A stretch of 64,000 nucleotides of DNA from Eledone cirrhosa. Taxonomy: Eukaryota. A model generated the notes under the pieces. That model did no database searches, had not been told where the DNA came from, and saw only the letters and a list, made by a program, of their open reading frames with translations. A program made the translations under genes and the position numbers. Below, one piece after another: positions 15,001 through 29,623 of this stretch; positions within the stretch are counted from its first letter, which is position 1, and the number at the start of each line of letters is the position of its first letter. The stretch spans positions 56,110,001 to 56,174,000 of the forward strand of contig OZ024746.1 in the NCBI GenBank assembly GCA_964016885.1, in the 5' to 3' direction.

Positions 15001-17995
15001 TGATAACATGTTCAAAACACACTACAACACCCAGTTGATAAGGTGTACAAATCATACTATAACACCCAGTTGATAAGGTGTACAAATCATACTATAACAC
15101 CAAGTTGATAAGGTGTACAAATCATACTATAACACCCAGTTGATAAGGTGTACAAATCATACTATAACACCCAGTTGATAAGGTGTACAAATCACACTAC
15201 AACACCTCGTTGATAACGTTGACAAAACACACTACAACACACAGTTGATAACGTGTACAAAACCCACTACAACAATCCAGTTGATAACGTGTACAAAATA
15301 CACTACAATACCCAGTTGATAACGTGTACAAATCACACAACAATACCTGGTTCATAACGTGTACAAAACACACTACAACTTACAGTTGATAACGTGTACA
15401 AATCACGCTAAAAAACCCAGTTGATAACGTGCACAAAACACACTACAGCACCTAGTTGATAACTTACAAAACACACTACAATACAGTTGATGACGTGTGC
15501 CAAACACACTGCAACACCCAGTTGATAACGTGTACAAAATACACTACAACACATAGTTGATAACGTGTACAAAACACACTACAACACCCAGTTGATAACG
15601 TGTAAAAACCACACTACAACGCCTAGTTGATAACGTGTACAAAACCCACTACACCACCCAGTTGATAACGTGTACAAATCGCACAACAACACCCATTTGA
15701 TAACGTGTATAAAACACACTACAACACACAGTTGATAACGTGTACAAATCACACTAAAAAACCCAGTTGATAACGTGCACAAAACACCCCACAACACCCA
15801 GTTGATAACGTGTACAAAACGCGCTACAACAACCAGTTGATAACGTTTACAAAACACACTACAACACACTTGATGACGTGTACAAAACACACAACAACAC
15901 CCAGTTGATAACGTGTAATAAACACACTACAACACACAGTTGATTACGTGTACAAAACACATAAGAATACCTAGTTGATAACGCGTACAAAACACGCTAC
16001 AACACCCAGTTGATAACGTGTACAAATTACACTACAACACCCAGTTGATTACGTGTAATAAACACACTACAAACACAGTTGATAACGTGTACAAAACACA
16101 TAACAATACCTAGTTGATAACGTGTACAAAACACACTACAGCACCCAGTTGATAATGTGTACACATTACACTACAACACCCAGTTGATTACGTGTACAAA
16201 ACCCATAACAATACCCAGTTGATTACGTGTACAAAACACACTACGATACCCAGTTGATAACGTGAACAAATCACACTTCAAAACTGAGTTGATAACGTGT
16301 ATAAAACACACTACAACACTCAGTTGATAACGTTTACAAAACACACTACAACACCCAGTTGATACCATCTACATAACACACTACAACACAGTTGATAACA
16401 TTTACGAAACACACTACAACACCTAGTTGATAACGTACAAAACACACTACAATACAGTTGATGACGTTTACCAAACACACTACAACACCCAGTTGATAAC
16501 GTGTACAAAACACACTGCAACACCCAGTTGATAACGTCTACAAAACACACTGCAACACCCAGTTGATAACGTGTACAAAACACACTACAACACCCAGTTG
16601 ATAACGTCTACAAAACACACTACAACACCCAGTTGATAACGTGTAGAAAACACACTACAATACCCAGTTGATAACGTCTATAAAACACACTACAACACCC
16701 AGTTGATAACGTGTACAAAACACACTACAACACCCAGTTGATAACGTGCACAAATCACACTACGAAACCCATTTGATAACGTGTACAAAACACACTACAA
16801 CACCCAGTTGATAACATGTTTAAAACACACTACAACACCCATTTGATAAGGTGTACACATCATACTACAACACCCAGGTGATAATGTGTACAAACCACAC
16901 TATAACACCCAGTTGATAAGGTGTACAAAACACACTACAACACCTCGTTGATAACGTTGACAAAACACACTACAACACACAGTTGATAACGTGTACAAAA
17001 CCCACTACAACAATCCAGTTGATAACGTGTACAAAATACACTACGATACCCAGTTGATAACGTCTACAAAACACACTACAACACCCAGTTGATAACGTGC
17101 AAAAAACTCACTACAAGATCCAGTTGATAACGTGTACAAACCACACTACAAGCCCCAGTTGATAACGTGTACAAAACACACTACAACACCCAGTTGATAA
17201 CGTGGACAAACACACTACAATAGCCATTTGATAACGTACAAAACACACTACAACACCCAGGTGATAACGTGTAGTAAACACACTACAACACAGTTAATAA
17301 CGTGCACAAAACACACTACAAGACCCAGTTGTTAACGTGTACAAACCACACTACCACCCCCAGTTGATAACGTCTACAAAACACACTACAACACCCAGTT
17401 GATAACGTGTATAATTCACACTACAACAGCCAGTTGATAACGTGTACAAAACACACTACAATACACAGTTATTAACGTACACCAAACACACTACAACTCC
17501 CAGTTGATAACGTGTACAAAACACGCTACAACAACCAGTTGATAACGCGTACAAGACACACTACAACACACTTGATGACGTGTACAAAACACACTACAAC
17601 AACCAGTTGATAACGTGTACAAACCACACTACCACCCCCAGTTGATAACGTGTACAAAACCCACTACAACACCCAGTTGATAACGTGGACATACACACTA
17701 CAAAAGCCATTTGATAACGTACAAAACACACTACAACACCCAGTTGATAACTTGTACAAAACACACTACAATACCCAGTTGTTAACGTGTACAAAACACA
17801 CTACAACACCCAGTTGATAACGTGTACAGAAACACTACAACACACAGTTGCAAACATAGACACGCACAGTACAACTCCCAGACGCTTACACAGACAAACA
17901 CACGTTAGACCAACCACGTGCTAACAAAGACAAACACATACTACAACATACAGTTACTAACATAGACATACACATATTACAACCAGTTGCTCATA
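1..17995. repeat. 35-bp tandem satellite, consensus CAGTTGATAACGTGTACAAAACACACTACAACACC, roughly 500 copies; degenerates over ~17830-17995; continues beyond the left edge
   Basis: 35-nt period read directly (TACAA..CCC at 16621, 16656, 16691); no spacers; + strand A/C-rich; period is not a multiple of 3. Confidence 0.97.
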
Positions 17996-18004
17996 TAGAA
18001 ATAA

Positions 18005-18136
18005 TTATTTCTGAAGACAGCATACATATGTGTAGGTATGTATATTCCCTTTGATAGTTTGTAAAATATTTACATAGATCTATATGATATACATACCAAT
18101 TCACACATATATATCCTAGAAACGCTCGTAAAATTA
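18005..18136 (+). ncRNA. Type-I hammerhead ribozyme candidate with ~100-nt stem II
   Basis: TTATTT-CTGAAGA(18011)-long stem II (CATATGTGT..GGTATGTATAT / ATATACATACC..ACACATATA)-GAAA(18119)-CGCTCG-TA-AAATTA. Confidence 0.65.
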
Positions 18137-18189
18137 TGAATTTTTTAACATAAGGAACTGTTTCTTTTTTTTATTCATTATTTACATTA

Positions 18190-18228
<39 letters not shown>

Positions 18229-18231
<3 letters not shown>

Positions 18232-18350
18232 CGAAGGAAATGTGGTAATGAACCAGGTGGACCATAACGCACCAAAGTATTCAATACTTAGGGTAGTAGA
18301 GTGGGTAATAGGAACGAGTAGGACCCCGAAGGCTGAGCTCAAGCCGTTTC

Positions 18351-18354
<4 letters not shown>
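18229..18354 (-). mobile_element. Short 3'-terminal fragment of PLE-type family J, between (TA)n and (GA)n
   Basis: Near-identical to 26448-26572; carries the HHR 3' half GAAA-CGGCT..AGCC-TC-GGGGTC. Confidence 0.7.
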
Positions 18355-18411
<57 letters not shown>

Positions 18412-18829
18412 TAGTGATCTCGATTTCAATCTCGATCTCTCTATATAGTGTGTGTGTGTGTTTGTGTGTGTAAAGTGATACCGGTCATAATTACTTCATT
18501 TTACGTTGGGTTTCTGCTGCTGTGATGGTGTTGGAGTGTCCAAGTCTAACTTCCAAAAGTGATTACCGATATAACATATTCATTAAACAAGTTTCTTTGT
18601 GTTTCGATGATTGATGTGAGTCTTTTAAATATTATATAAACTTTTGCAAATGCCGCCAAGCCAAGCACAATCCTTATTTGACCTCCGGAAGTAGGGCAAC
18701 GTCTGTGTTTCCGAGGTACACACAACTCTCTACTTCCTCGATGTTCTCTATTTACAATGACTAGTAATGGTTTAGCGTAGCATGAATAGATACATGTAAA
18801 TATATATGTATGCATGCATGTATGTTGGC

Positions 18830-18873
<44 letters not shown>

Positions 18874-19096
18874 TAAATTTATTTAAGTCGTTTGGAAGCC
18901 TCGACAATGCAGATGGGTAAATCTCCGGGTAACAAGATCCGGTGGTGGAGAGAGAGATGTAAGTGGGTGTACGTTGAGATGCGTGGCGTGTATAAGACTG
19001 TAACGTGTAGAGGAATGAAGGAAGGGCAGAGCGTAAAGGATAAAAATAAAAAAATAACAACACGAGAAAGAGTTACCTTGGGAGAGATTTAATTGT

Positions 19097-19131
19097 CCCT
19101 ATATATTTCGGATTCACATCCATCAACTGGG
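19097..19131 (-). ncRNA. Degenerate minimal HHR in the 3' region of PLE A
   Basis: CC-CAGTTGA-T-GGA[TGTGAA]TCC-GAAA-TATA-TA-GG; core differs from CTGATGA at two positions. Confidence 0.4.
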
Positions 19132-19539
19132 TTTTTTTCCGGAGGAGGGGGTGTTTGCCTGTCGGAAAGGTGCGAAACGTGTCCTCCGCTGTTCGTTGTT
19201 TTGAATATCTTAGGTATTCAGCAGAGCGCGCGTGTCCGTGAAATGTGGTCGGGCAGGCAGAGGTCAGCGGCCGAAGTAGTTCTTTCAATTGTGGGAGTGG
19301 GGTGGCGCTAGCTGTCAGTCCATTCTCTGCCTGTTTGGTGAATGTTACTGAGTGTGTGTGTGTGCGTGCGTTGTTGTCTCGCTTGACTGTGTGTGTGTGT
19401 GTGCGTTTGTTGTTGCCTTGTTCCTCTGTATTGGCAGTGTAGTATGTTCGTATGGTGCAATGCTACTGTGTGTGTGTGTGTATGCGTGTGTTGCTGTCTG
19501 GCTTGTGTCTGTGCATGTGTTGCTGCATCGTTTGTTAAC

Positions 19540-21663
19540 TTAAACCAACCACTTCATTTCGCTTCTCTTGGATCGGTTGTTTAATTGTGGCCCTAGGCGT
19601 TTGATCCAAAGTGCTTCCTTGATACGTAACGTGCCGACGTTTCTTTCTGTCGCTAGAATTGTGACAATGGGCCTTCCGTCTTTGTTTCCGCATTTGTCTA
19701 TGTGTTTCCGGAAAGACGAGGCCCTGGTTTTAGTGTGTCCCTTGATCCGGATGTGCAACGACCGGATTATGCTACCTATATGGTATTGGTTGCACTTGTT
19801 ACATTCTATTTATACAAGACGTATGTGCGTAGGCAACAGTTCGCATGGCGCATCGGGCAGTCTCTGAGGGAGCATGCGTCAGTTGATTTCCCGGGTTTTC
19901 TGGAGAGGCATCTTCGCAGGGAGGGGCCCAAGTGGGCCAGGTGGACGTCGAGGCCCTCCCTCCGTATAGCCTTGCGGATAGCGTTGGTGGTATTCTCGCC
20001 CAGGTGTGGCATTTTAAGGAAGCACTTGCCTTGGGTGTCTCTCTGTCTCTTGTGTCTGGTGTTTCCTACTCTGTCTGTGAGCGAGGTAGGGTACCCGTTC
20101 GTCTCCAGCACCTCGAGGAATCGCTTGGTATGAGTGACACCACTCGCGGAATCACTGCATCTGTTTTTGATTCGCGCGATCTCGTTCGTGATGTATCCTG
20201 TTTTGACACTGTTAGGGAGGGCGGACTTTCAGTGGACGAACAGGTCCCTGCAGGCTGCCTTTCGGTGGAAATTGCAGTGGATCCCTCCCTGTTCCGTGAT
20301 GTTGATTCGGAAGTCGCGGAGGGCAAGTGACCCGTCGTCGTTGGTGTGTTCAACACTGAAGTCAATGTTCTCATCCGTGTTGTTGAACGTCTCATATATT
20401 CTGTTCGCCATGTCTTGGGAAGATATGTGGATGAGGATATCGTCCACGTACCTTGAGAAAAAGGCTACGGCGTTGGGGTGGCAGGCGTTGAGTGCCTTGC
20501 GCTCGAGGTAGTCCATGTAAGAGATCGCTAGCACACCTGATAGGCTTGATCCCATGGGCAATCCCGAGGTTTGTTGGTATATTTGGTCAAGGAATCCGAA
20601 GTAGGTGTTGTCGACGACGATGGATAGGAGTTGGTGGATGTCAGTGGTGGTGAGCACGAAGCAGTGTAGGTTGGTGGATTGGACGCATTCCATTAGTATA
20701 TTGACGGCCGGGAGTGCCGGGACCGAGTTGTAGAGAGCGACTATATCAAGGCTGAAGGCATATCTGTTATGCTTTCTGGTGTCGGGATCCATTTGATGCA
20801 GGCGCTTCAACACCTCCTCGGGGCTGTTAACGTGTCCCGGCAAGGTGTCTAAGATGGTTTTGAGTATTCTGGCTAGGAGCCATGAAATTTTGTAGAGTGG
20901 TCCTTCCACGCTCGATACAATGAGCCTGATCTTCAGGTCGGGTCCCTCTTTGTGTGTTTTAACGAGGTGGTAGAAGGCGGGCAGTCTGCTGTTCCTCGTG
21001 AGGAGGTTGTATCTCAACTACTTCGGGAGCTTGCGCCGGTCGCAGATGTTGGTCCAGGCGGCGTTGATGTGCTCTTCTATCTGCGCGGGAGTGATTCCCG
21101 TGACCCTGGAGTAGAGGTTGTCATCGTCAAGGTGTTGGATGGCCAGGGTGTTGTAGGCCTCTCTGCTGATGACGCAGAATTATTTTCCCTTGTCGGAGGG
21201 GAGGTAGATGAGGTTCTTCGATTTTAGGTTGGAGAGAGTAGTGAGTTGAGATTTGGTGAGGTTGGGAGTGTGTGTGTGTGAAGTATATCCGAGATGGAGT
21301 GTTTTAGCCTGATGAGTTTAGTGTCGAGTTCGTGGTTGGGGGTGGGGTGTGGAGTTGGTGGTCAGGGTGGTAAGTGTGGAACTTGGGGTCGGTTGCGTGG
21401 GCGCTGTTATTTTCTGTGGCGCTGTTGATGGCGGTCACCCATTTAAGTTGGTAAGCGGCTCGACAAAAGTTGGCCTCGATGTTGAGTTTGAGTATGTCGT
21501 CGAGTCGTTGTGAGACAATGAACTTGGGTCCGAGGTGTAGGAGTTTCAGCTCGTCGCTCGTGAGAGTGCCGGTTAGGTCGGTGACCAGGTGCGTCGCATC
21601 GTTGAGGTGTGGCTCTGTGTTGGTGGATGCGGCGGTAGCGGTCGTTAAGTTGTTGTTTTCCAC
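19540..21663 (-). pseudogene. Frameshifted PLE reverse transcriptase + GIY-YIG endonuclease ORF (element A)
   Basis: ORF 20229-21017: FYHLVKTHK, SLDIVALY, GLPMGSSLS, SRYVDD; C-terminal VLYK..ECNKC..HIGS..LHIRIKGH..IKEALWI..PQLN across frameshifts. Confidence 0.9.
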
Positions 21664-21925
21664 GTAGTTCTGGTCCGTCTGTTCGTTAGTGTCGATATTC
21701 TGGTGTTGTTATTTTTATTTTTATCCTTTACGCTCATTCCTTCATTCCTCTACACGTTACAGTCTTATACACGCCACGCATCTCAACGTACACCCATTTA
21801 CATCTCTCTCTCTCCACCACAGGATCTTGTTACCCGGAGATTTACCCATCTGCATTGTCGATGCTTCCAAACGACTTAAAGAAATTTACCTTATTATTCC
21901 ACAATGCTTCAAGCAAACTTCAATA

Positions 21926-21970
<45 letters not shown>

Positions 21971-22668
21971 GTATTTGTGTACGTAGGTAAGTACCTATGC
22001 ATGTTTGCATAGAACCTTAATGCGTAAATATTTTTAAATTTGGTTTTTATATATACAGATACATAGTGCATTGGTTGGTAACAAGCATACGATGTACTGG
22101 AAATGTAAAACGTACAAAAAAATGTACTTGTTTTATGATATACAAAGCTATTATTCATTCGTTGATGTGATGTCATATTAAATATTTCTGCAGCTATGTA
22201 ATTTGCTTTTTGTTTTTACTCTTATATATTGTATATTCAGTAGTTAAGTTGGGAGAGGCAAGAGAATAGAATTATATAATCTCTAAGGATGTGTGTAAAG
22301 ATTTTGGATGTTCAACGTTGCTTGGAACTGTTTAAAACATTTCCACTATGAGAAAATACTGAGTCACTCGCGGGATTTACTGTAAATCTTGAGTTATAGC
22401 AAAGTAAAATGAGAAAATCCAATGTGAAATCTCTAGACGTTAAGAGTAAATCTATTGATGTGTACATATTACTTTGAGACAATGAGAGGAGGGTTGAGAC
22501 AGTAAAATGTAAAATATGCCTCTCAGTATCTAACTGATATTTAATGGCTACATTAGCATCAACAGCAACAATAATAACGTAAACTACAATGCTACTTCAA
22601 ATTAAAGCCAAATCTGCCACAAGTACCAGAGCGACTGGGAACAATCACAAAGACAAGCAATATTCATA

Positions 22669-23094
22669 GTAAGGGGGAAGGAAAGTCGATTAAATCGACC
22701 CAAGTACATTACAGGTGCTTTATTTTTATCGACCGCGTAAGGATGAAAAACAAAGTTAACCTCGCCGGGATTTGAACTCAGATCATAAAGGGCCGTAACT
22801 CTATGCCGCAAAGCATGGTGCCCGATGCTCTACCGATACTGCCAATCTAACGAAACTAATTCATAGTAACCATAATAACGATTTCTAGTATAGGCACAAG
22901 GCTAGTAATTTGTGGGAGGGGGGGGGGGATCGATCAAACCGATACGTTACTGATGCATTATTTTATCGACCCCGTAAGGATGAAAGGCAGAGCTAACCAC
23001 GGCGGGATTTGCACTCAGATCATAAAGGGCCGCCGTAATTCTATGCTGTAAAGCATGGTGTCCGATGCTCTACCGATACTGCCAATCCACCACC
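22669..23094 (-). mobile_element. Two tandem copies of a tRNA-derived SINE (22669-22848, ~22872-23094)
   Basis: Reverse complement has A box TGGCAGTATCGG and B box GAGTTCAAATCC; same family as 56475-56662. Confidence 0.85.
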
Positions 23095-23168
23095 CTAATT
23101 CAGAGCAACCATAATAACAGCAACCGGAACACAATATATAAAACTGAGCCTTAACCACGACAATAATA

Positions 23169-25144
23169 AATCCTGGGCTACAGGAAGTACCTCAGAGAAG
23201 CTTGGGTCAGCGACAACACCTGGCAGCTGATTAATGAAAGGAAAGCCCTACACCAGCAGAGGCATGCCACTACTCCAGAGGCCATCAAGGTATATCAGCA
23301 GTATGTTGACAAGGACGAGGAGGTGAAACGCAGCGCCCAAAAGGACAAACGAATGTGGCTTGAGGGTAAGGCAGAGGAGGGGGAAGCAGCTGCGGCACGC
23401 AATGACATGCGCTCTGTGTACCAAATTTCCAAGAAAAGCATTGGCAGCTCTAGAGCTAACTCAGGCCCGGTGAAAGCGAAAGATGATACGCTGCTTTCCA
23501 AGGGTGAAGAAAGGTTAGTCAGATGGGCCGAACATTTCAAGGAAGTCCTCAACCGACCGGAACCACGTGTGCCAGCAGACACTAAGGAACCTACTAGATT
23601 GTTGCCTATCAATACTGATGAGTTCACCGAGAAGGAAGTCCGCATGGCCATCAAAACCCTTAAGAATAACAAGTCACCAGGTATGGATGGCATTTCTGCT
23701 GAAATGTTGAAGTCAGGAGGCGAAAGCATGGTCAAGTGAATGGGCCACTTATGTAATCTTGTGTGGAACACGGGTGATGTCCCAGAAGACTGGAGAAACG
23801 AAGCGGTTGTCTGTATCGCCAAGAAAGCGAACCTTGCCGATTGTGACAACTGGAGAGGAGTGACACTTCTCTCCATACCAGGTAAGGTCTATTGTCTGGT
23901 GATCCTGAACCGCATACGTGGCATGGGAGGCCAGGAACTGCGAGAACATCAGGCAGGGTTCCGACCAAAACGTTCCTGTGCAGAGCGGATCTTTACGCTA
24001 CGCCGCATCATTGAGAGGTACAACGAATTCCAGAGGCCCCTCTCCATCAGCTTCATCGATTTCTCCAAAGCATTCGATAGCATTCATCGACCGTCACTCT
24101 GGAGCATCATGCATGAGTATGGTCTGCCCCAGAAAGTCATTTCGGCAATCAAACAGATTTACGCAAACTCCAAGTGCTGCATACGGACAGATGATGGTCA
24201 CAGTGACTGGTTTGAGGTGGTTACTGGCGTGCGTCAGAGTTGCTCGCTCTCTCCAATTCTCTTTGCCATAGCCATTGACTGGGTACTAAGAAGAGCGTCT
24301 AAAGACCAGGGTATATCTTGGGTGTGAGAGCAAAGGTTGTCTGACCTGGACTTTGCGGACGATATTGCTGCACTTGCAGAGAGCACAGCTGACCTGCAAA
24401 TCATTGTGAACAATATCAATGTCGAAGCAGGAAGCCTAGGTCTCAATATCAGTGGCAAGAAGACCAAAATCATGTTATCTGGGACACACCCATCACCAAC
24501 TAGTGTCTTAATTGAATAGGGGGAGGTGGAGATAGTGGACAACTTCAGCTACCTAGGAAGCACCATTAACAATGGGGGCGCCATGGACAGTGAATTGCAA
24601 TGTAGAAGGGGAAAGGATTCAGCAGCAATTAACCAGCTTGACAAGATCTGGAAGAGCAGGAAGTTGAGCCTCAAAACCGAGATGAAATTCTACAATAACG
24701 TGCTGTCCACACTCTTGTACGGAAGTGAAACATGGCACCTTAAAACCAGCCAAGAGAAGAAGTCGGACGCATTCGATTCCAGGTGTCTGCGAAAGATTCT
24801 GGGGATTAAATGGTGTGACCATGTAACAAACCAGGAAGTCAGGAACCGCACCAACCAGCAGCTAGTCTCTTCTACCATCTGCAAGCGACGCGTGGGCTGG
24901 TTTGGACACGCTTTGAGACTTCCCCCGGAGAGACAGGCGAACCAAATACTTAAATGGACCCCGCAGGGAAGCAGACGCAGAGGGCGACCCACTATGAAAT
25001 GGCGCCAGAGAGTAGAGAGGGACCTGCGAGCGAAAAACAGACAATGGCGGGTCGCTGTGCAACTGGCTGCTGACCGAACGCGATGGAACACTATGATTGC
25101 CTCATGCGTCGCAAGACGCGGGAGCTTCTGAGCCTGAGTCTGAG
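23169..25144 (+). mobile_element. 5'-truncated RTE-clade LINE with disrupted RT, (CTGAGY)n tail and 18-bp target-site duplication
   Basis: ORFs 23323-25131: KSPGMDGI, NWRGVTLLS, QAGFRP, FIDFSKAFDS, DLDFADD, LLYGSETW; TSD TTAACCAC(G/A)ACAATAATA at 23151-23168 and 25145-25162. Confidence 0.93.
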
Positions 25145-25287
25145 TTAACCACAACAATAATATAATCAGCAACAGCCACAACAACAACACCACATCAGAA
25201 ACAACAAGAACAACAACGAACGGATCAAATGTAACAATGAGGGCTGCAATAATAACCGAGAGCAATGACGATGAATATAAAACTAAT

Positions 25288-25289
<2 letters not shown>

Positions 25290-25336
<47 letters not shown>

Positions 25337-25345
25337 CAGCAGCAA
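25290..25345. repeat. (AGT)n/(AGC)n microsatellite
   Basis: Direct read. Confidence 0.95.
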
Positions 25346-25533
25346 TAGTTGAAGTGTTAGTGGTAGTAGTTTTCAGTATAGAATTTATATATCAAATATA
25401 TATTATATTGTGAAGCATTTAATGCTAAATTTAGTATATAGTCCGTGCTCTTACGAACACATACATGTCAATAGCAACGGGTGTATAGATATTCCTAAAT
25501 GTAATTATATATCCCCATAAATACGCACTTTAA

Positions 25534-25959
<426 letters not shown>

Positions 25960-26340
25960 AAGGATATAGAAGGGTGTATGTGAGGGAAAATTTTCGAATG
26001 TGCTCAAAATTGTTCACCCTATAAAACTGATGTGGCTTCATTTTTCTATGTGTTCTATTTTATTGAATTCGACTCAATTCAATAATTTATTACTCAATTT
26101 AGCTACAATATATCAGAGAAAAACATTCAGATTTGAACTTTTCGCAAGTATCAAGAGGAAATAATAAAAAAAAAAAACCTTCGGTGATTTATGAAATAAT
26201 TCTGAGATATATTGATTATGTTATGAAACTACCATCGTATTACGGATCCTCATTGTACTGTCATATATATATATCTATCTATATATAGAGAGAGAGGGTG
26301 GAAGTGAAAGAGATAGACCGTAATATAGAAAGATAGAGAG

Positions 26341-26963
<623 letters not shown>

Positions 26964-27085
26964 TTATATATATATATATATATATAGTAGGCAATTGTAG
27001 CAAATATGAAAAAATAGGTCATTCTTCTTACATGTTTCTTTAAATGAAACAAAAACATATTAACACACACACCCACACACACACG

Positions 27086-27202
<117 letters not shown>

Positions 27203-27326
27203 GTGTGTGTGTGTGCGTATGTATTTATATAAATATTACATGCATTACTTATGCAAGCAAACATTATCATGACTACCACCTAACTATCTCCCTCTAAATA
27301 TGTATATATATATATGTGTTTGTGTG

Positions 27327-27359
<33 letters not shown>

Positions 27360-27361
<2 letters not shown>

Positions 27362-28965
27362 GGCGCGTAATATTCCCGTGTTCTCACCAGCGGTCTCAGT
27401 CCTTCATCATCGCCGCCAATTCCCGGGTCTCCAAGAGACCGGTGTCTGTCCTTATGGCATCAATATATGCCAACCTCGGTCTTCCTTTTCTAGTGTGTCC
27501 CTATACGGGTTCCCACTGGATCACTGAGTGCAATGTAAACTCTGAATGTCGGTGAGACCGTCCAGTTAACCTCAGTCTCCTCTATGTTATTTTCGAGCAG
27601 ACTTCTGTGAGGCTCCCGTACAGCTCCGAGTTCTTCATCCTCATTGCATACTGCTTCAGAGCTTTCCTCAACATTTTCATGTAGCAGCCATCCACAGTCT
27701 AAGAGAGTGTCTGAGTCAGTGCCGTACAGTATCATAGACTTCACTGTAGCAATGAAGAGTAGGATCTTCTGGTCTTTACGTATGTCCAATTTCCCCAACG
27801 ATCTCAAACTGTGGCACGCCGGTCAGATTTTGCTCTTTCTCTCAACCCCATAATCCTCTGTGTTTCCAATTTTGCTCCCAGATACATGAAGTCCTCATCC
27901 AATTCTACATTCATAATCTTCTCTGGCTTCTTAATGTTGTCTACCAGATACTGTATGTCATTCATACTCAGCCCTAAACTTATCGACACAGTCTCCACCT
28001 CCTGTATCAACTCCTTCACTGTTTTTGTCACCAGAAATATGTCGTCAGAACATTCGGCATCTGATATCTTTTTAGCCTTAATTCTTCTGCTCTGAGCCAG
28101 TGCTACAGTAAAGCCAGAGTCCTGGTGTTTCTGCAGCGCAAGGCGCATACAATTGTCCACTGCGAGGGATGATAAAAATATAGGGAGCCAATGTATCTTC
28201 CTGGAACACTCCAGCCAGTATATAAAAAAATATTCGTCATCCCGTGACTGGGGATCTCGTGTTAGTGTAGGGCAGTTATATCAGGTCCACTCTCTTCTTG
28301 GGGATTCCATAAGCCTGTAAGATCTTCATCAGGCAGTGACGGTCCACAGAATGCAAGGCCATCCTAAAGTCAATGAAAGCCATGACAGCAGTGAGGGTCT
28401 TTGCTCTAGCTCCCTCTAATATCCTCCTGGTGGTTGCTCTTCCCTCTCTGAAACCGTTCTGTTTGCCCCTGAGCTTCTTCTCGCTCACGAGCTAGTTCCT
28501 GTTAAGAATCGTCCTGCTGGGTGTCTTTGTCACAATCGACGTCAGTGAGATCACCTGTAGTTGTTGATGTTAGAGCTATCTCCATGTTAGAGCTGTTTCT
28601 CCATGTTAGAGCTGTTTCTGATGCTCTACTGATTCGGAGCAACTCCTTTATACACCACTTCATCACATCTGATGCCACTCCATCTTCTCCAAGGGCCTTG
28701 CCCTCCTTTATTTTCTTCTTGGGTATCTGAAGCTCCTCCTTGTTGAAGGGTCCTGTCCAATATTCAGTTCCTCAAATAGCTGCATGATCTCCCCAGGGTT
28801 CTGGGATGTAGAAGGCGGCTCTCCTAGTATGGTCCTAAAATATTCCAGCCATTTCCTCTTCCTATCCTCGGGCTCTGTTTCCTAGAATCCCCTCTCTTTA
28901 TCCCTGTGATCTCGTTGATGAACACCCAGGTTTCTTTACACCATGACCTGTCTACCGCTCTCTCC
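27360..28965 (-). pseudogene. Heavily decayed RTE-like LINE RT fragment
   Basis: QNGFREGR, AFIDFRMALHSV, ECSDDI, FMYLG, MILYGTD in different frames. Confidence 0.8.
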
Positions 28966-28995
28966 ACACATATACATATTAACCCCCTACCCTAC

Positions 28996-29124
<129 letters not shown>

Positions 29125-29464
29125 GAGAAAAGAGAGAGAGAGAGAACAAATGTAGATTTATGTGCGCATAAACTGCGCTTTATCGTAGTTTTCTTCTAGT
29201 AAAGCCATGGACTGGATTGAACCTAAACCGGCAGTTATCACAAAGTCGTTTTCTTAATGTCAATGCATTTTATGTTATGATGCGAAGTACCATAATTTTT
29301 AGATAAACTGGAGTATGGGCATAATGCGTTCCAAAGTTTGCTCCGTGGGAAACGTTCCTGACTTACAACATGTGTATGCTCAATTACAAGCCTCGGGTTG
29401 AACAATCAATTTTGGTGCGAAATCTCATACATGGCAATCTATGCAGACACCTATTGTATATATT

Positions 29465-29516
<52 letters not shown>

Positions 29517-29565
29517 GGTGATATATCTACATCTATACGGACTTATGTCTAGTAGATTTGGAAAA

Positions 29566-29623
29566 GCTATCTGAAGAGCTATATCTTTCCAATCTTTTGA
29601 TAAGCGAAACCGTCGGTCATGGC
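29566..29623 (+). ncRNA. Type-I HHR candidate, canonical core, in a ~185-bp insert between (TA)n tracts
   Basis: GCTAT-CTGAAGA-GCT..AGC-GAAA-CCGTCGG-TC-ATGGC. Confidence 0.75.

Larger units (their letters stand above)
18872..21890 (-). mobile_element. Penelope-like retroelement A, 5'-truncated, with ~190-bp inverted terminal repeat (18872-19063 / 21703-21890)
   Basis: RT and GIY-YIG fragments on the minus strand; inverted copy of the 3' end at the 5' side; (TA)n on both flanks. Confidence 0.92.

Noticed and set aside
707-17794. Cys/Val-rich minus-strand ORFs
   Set aside because: Translations of a 35-bp period that cycles through frames with frequent stops
1-17830. CRISPR array (35-bp, weakly dyadic repeat containing GTT..AAC)
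   Set aside because: Repeats are contiguous with no unique spacers, there are no cas genes, and the context is eukaryotic
19119-19134. AAACCCAGTTGAT shared between the PLE A 3' region and the satellite core
   Set aside because: Only 13 bp with no flanking similarity; compatible with chance
19568-21667. Plus-strand ORFs over PLE A (also antisense ORFs over the RTE LINE and PLEs B and C)
   Set aside because: Antisense shadows of RT ORFs with no motifs
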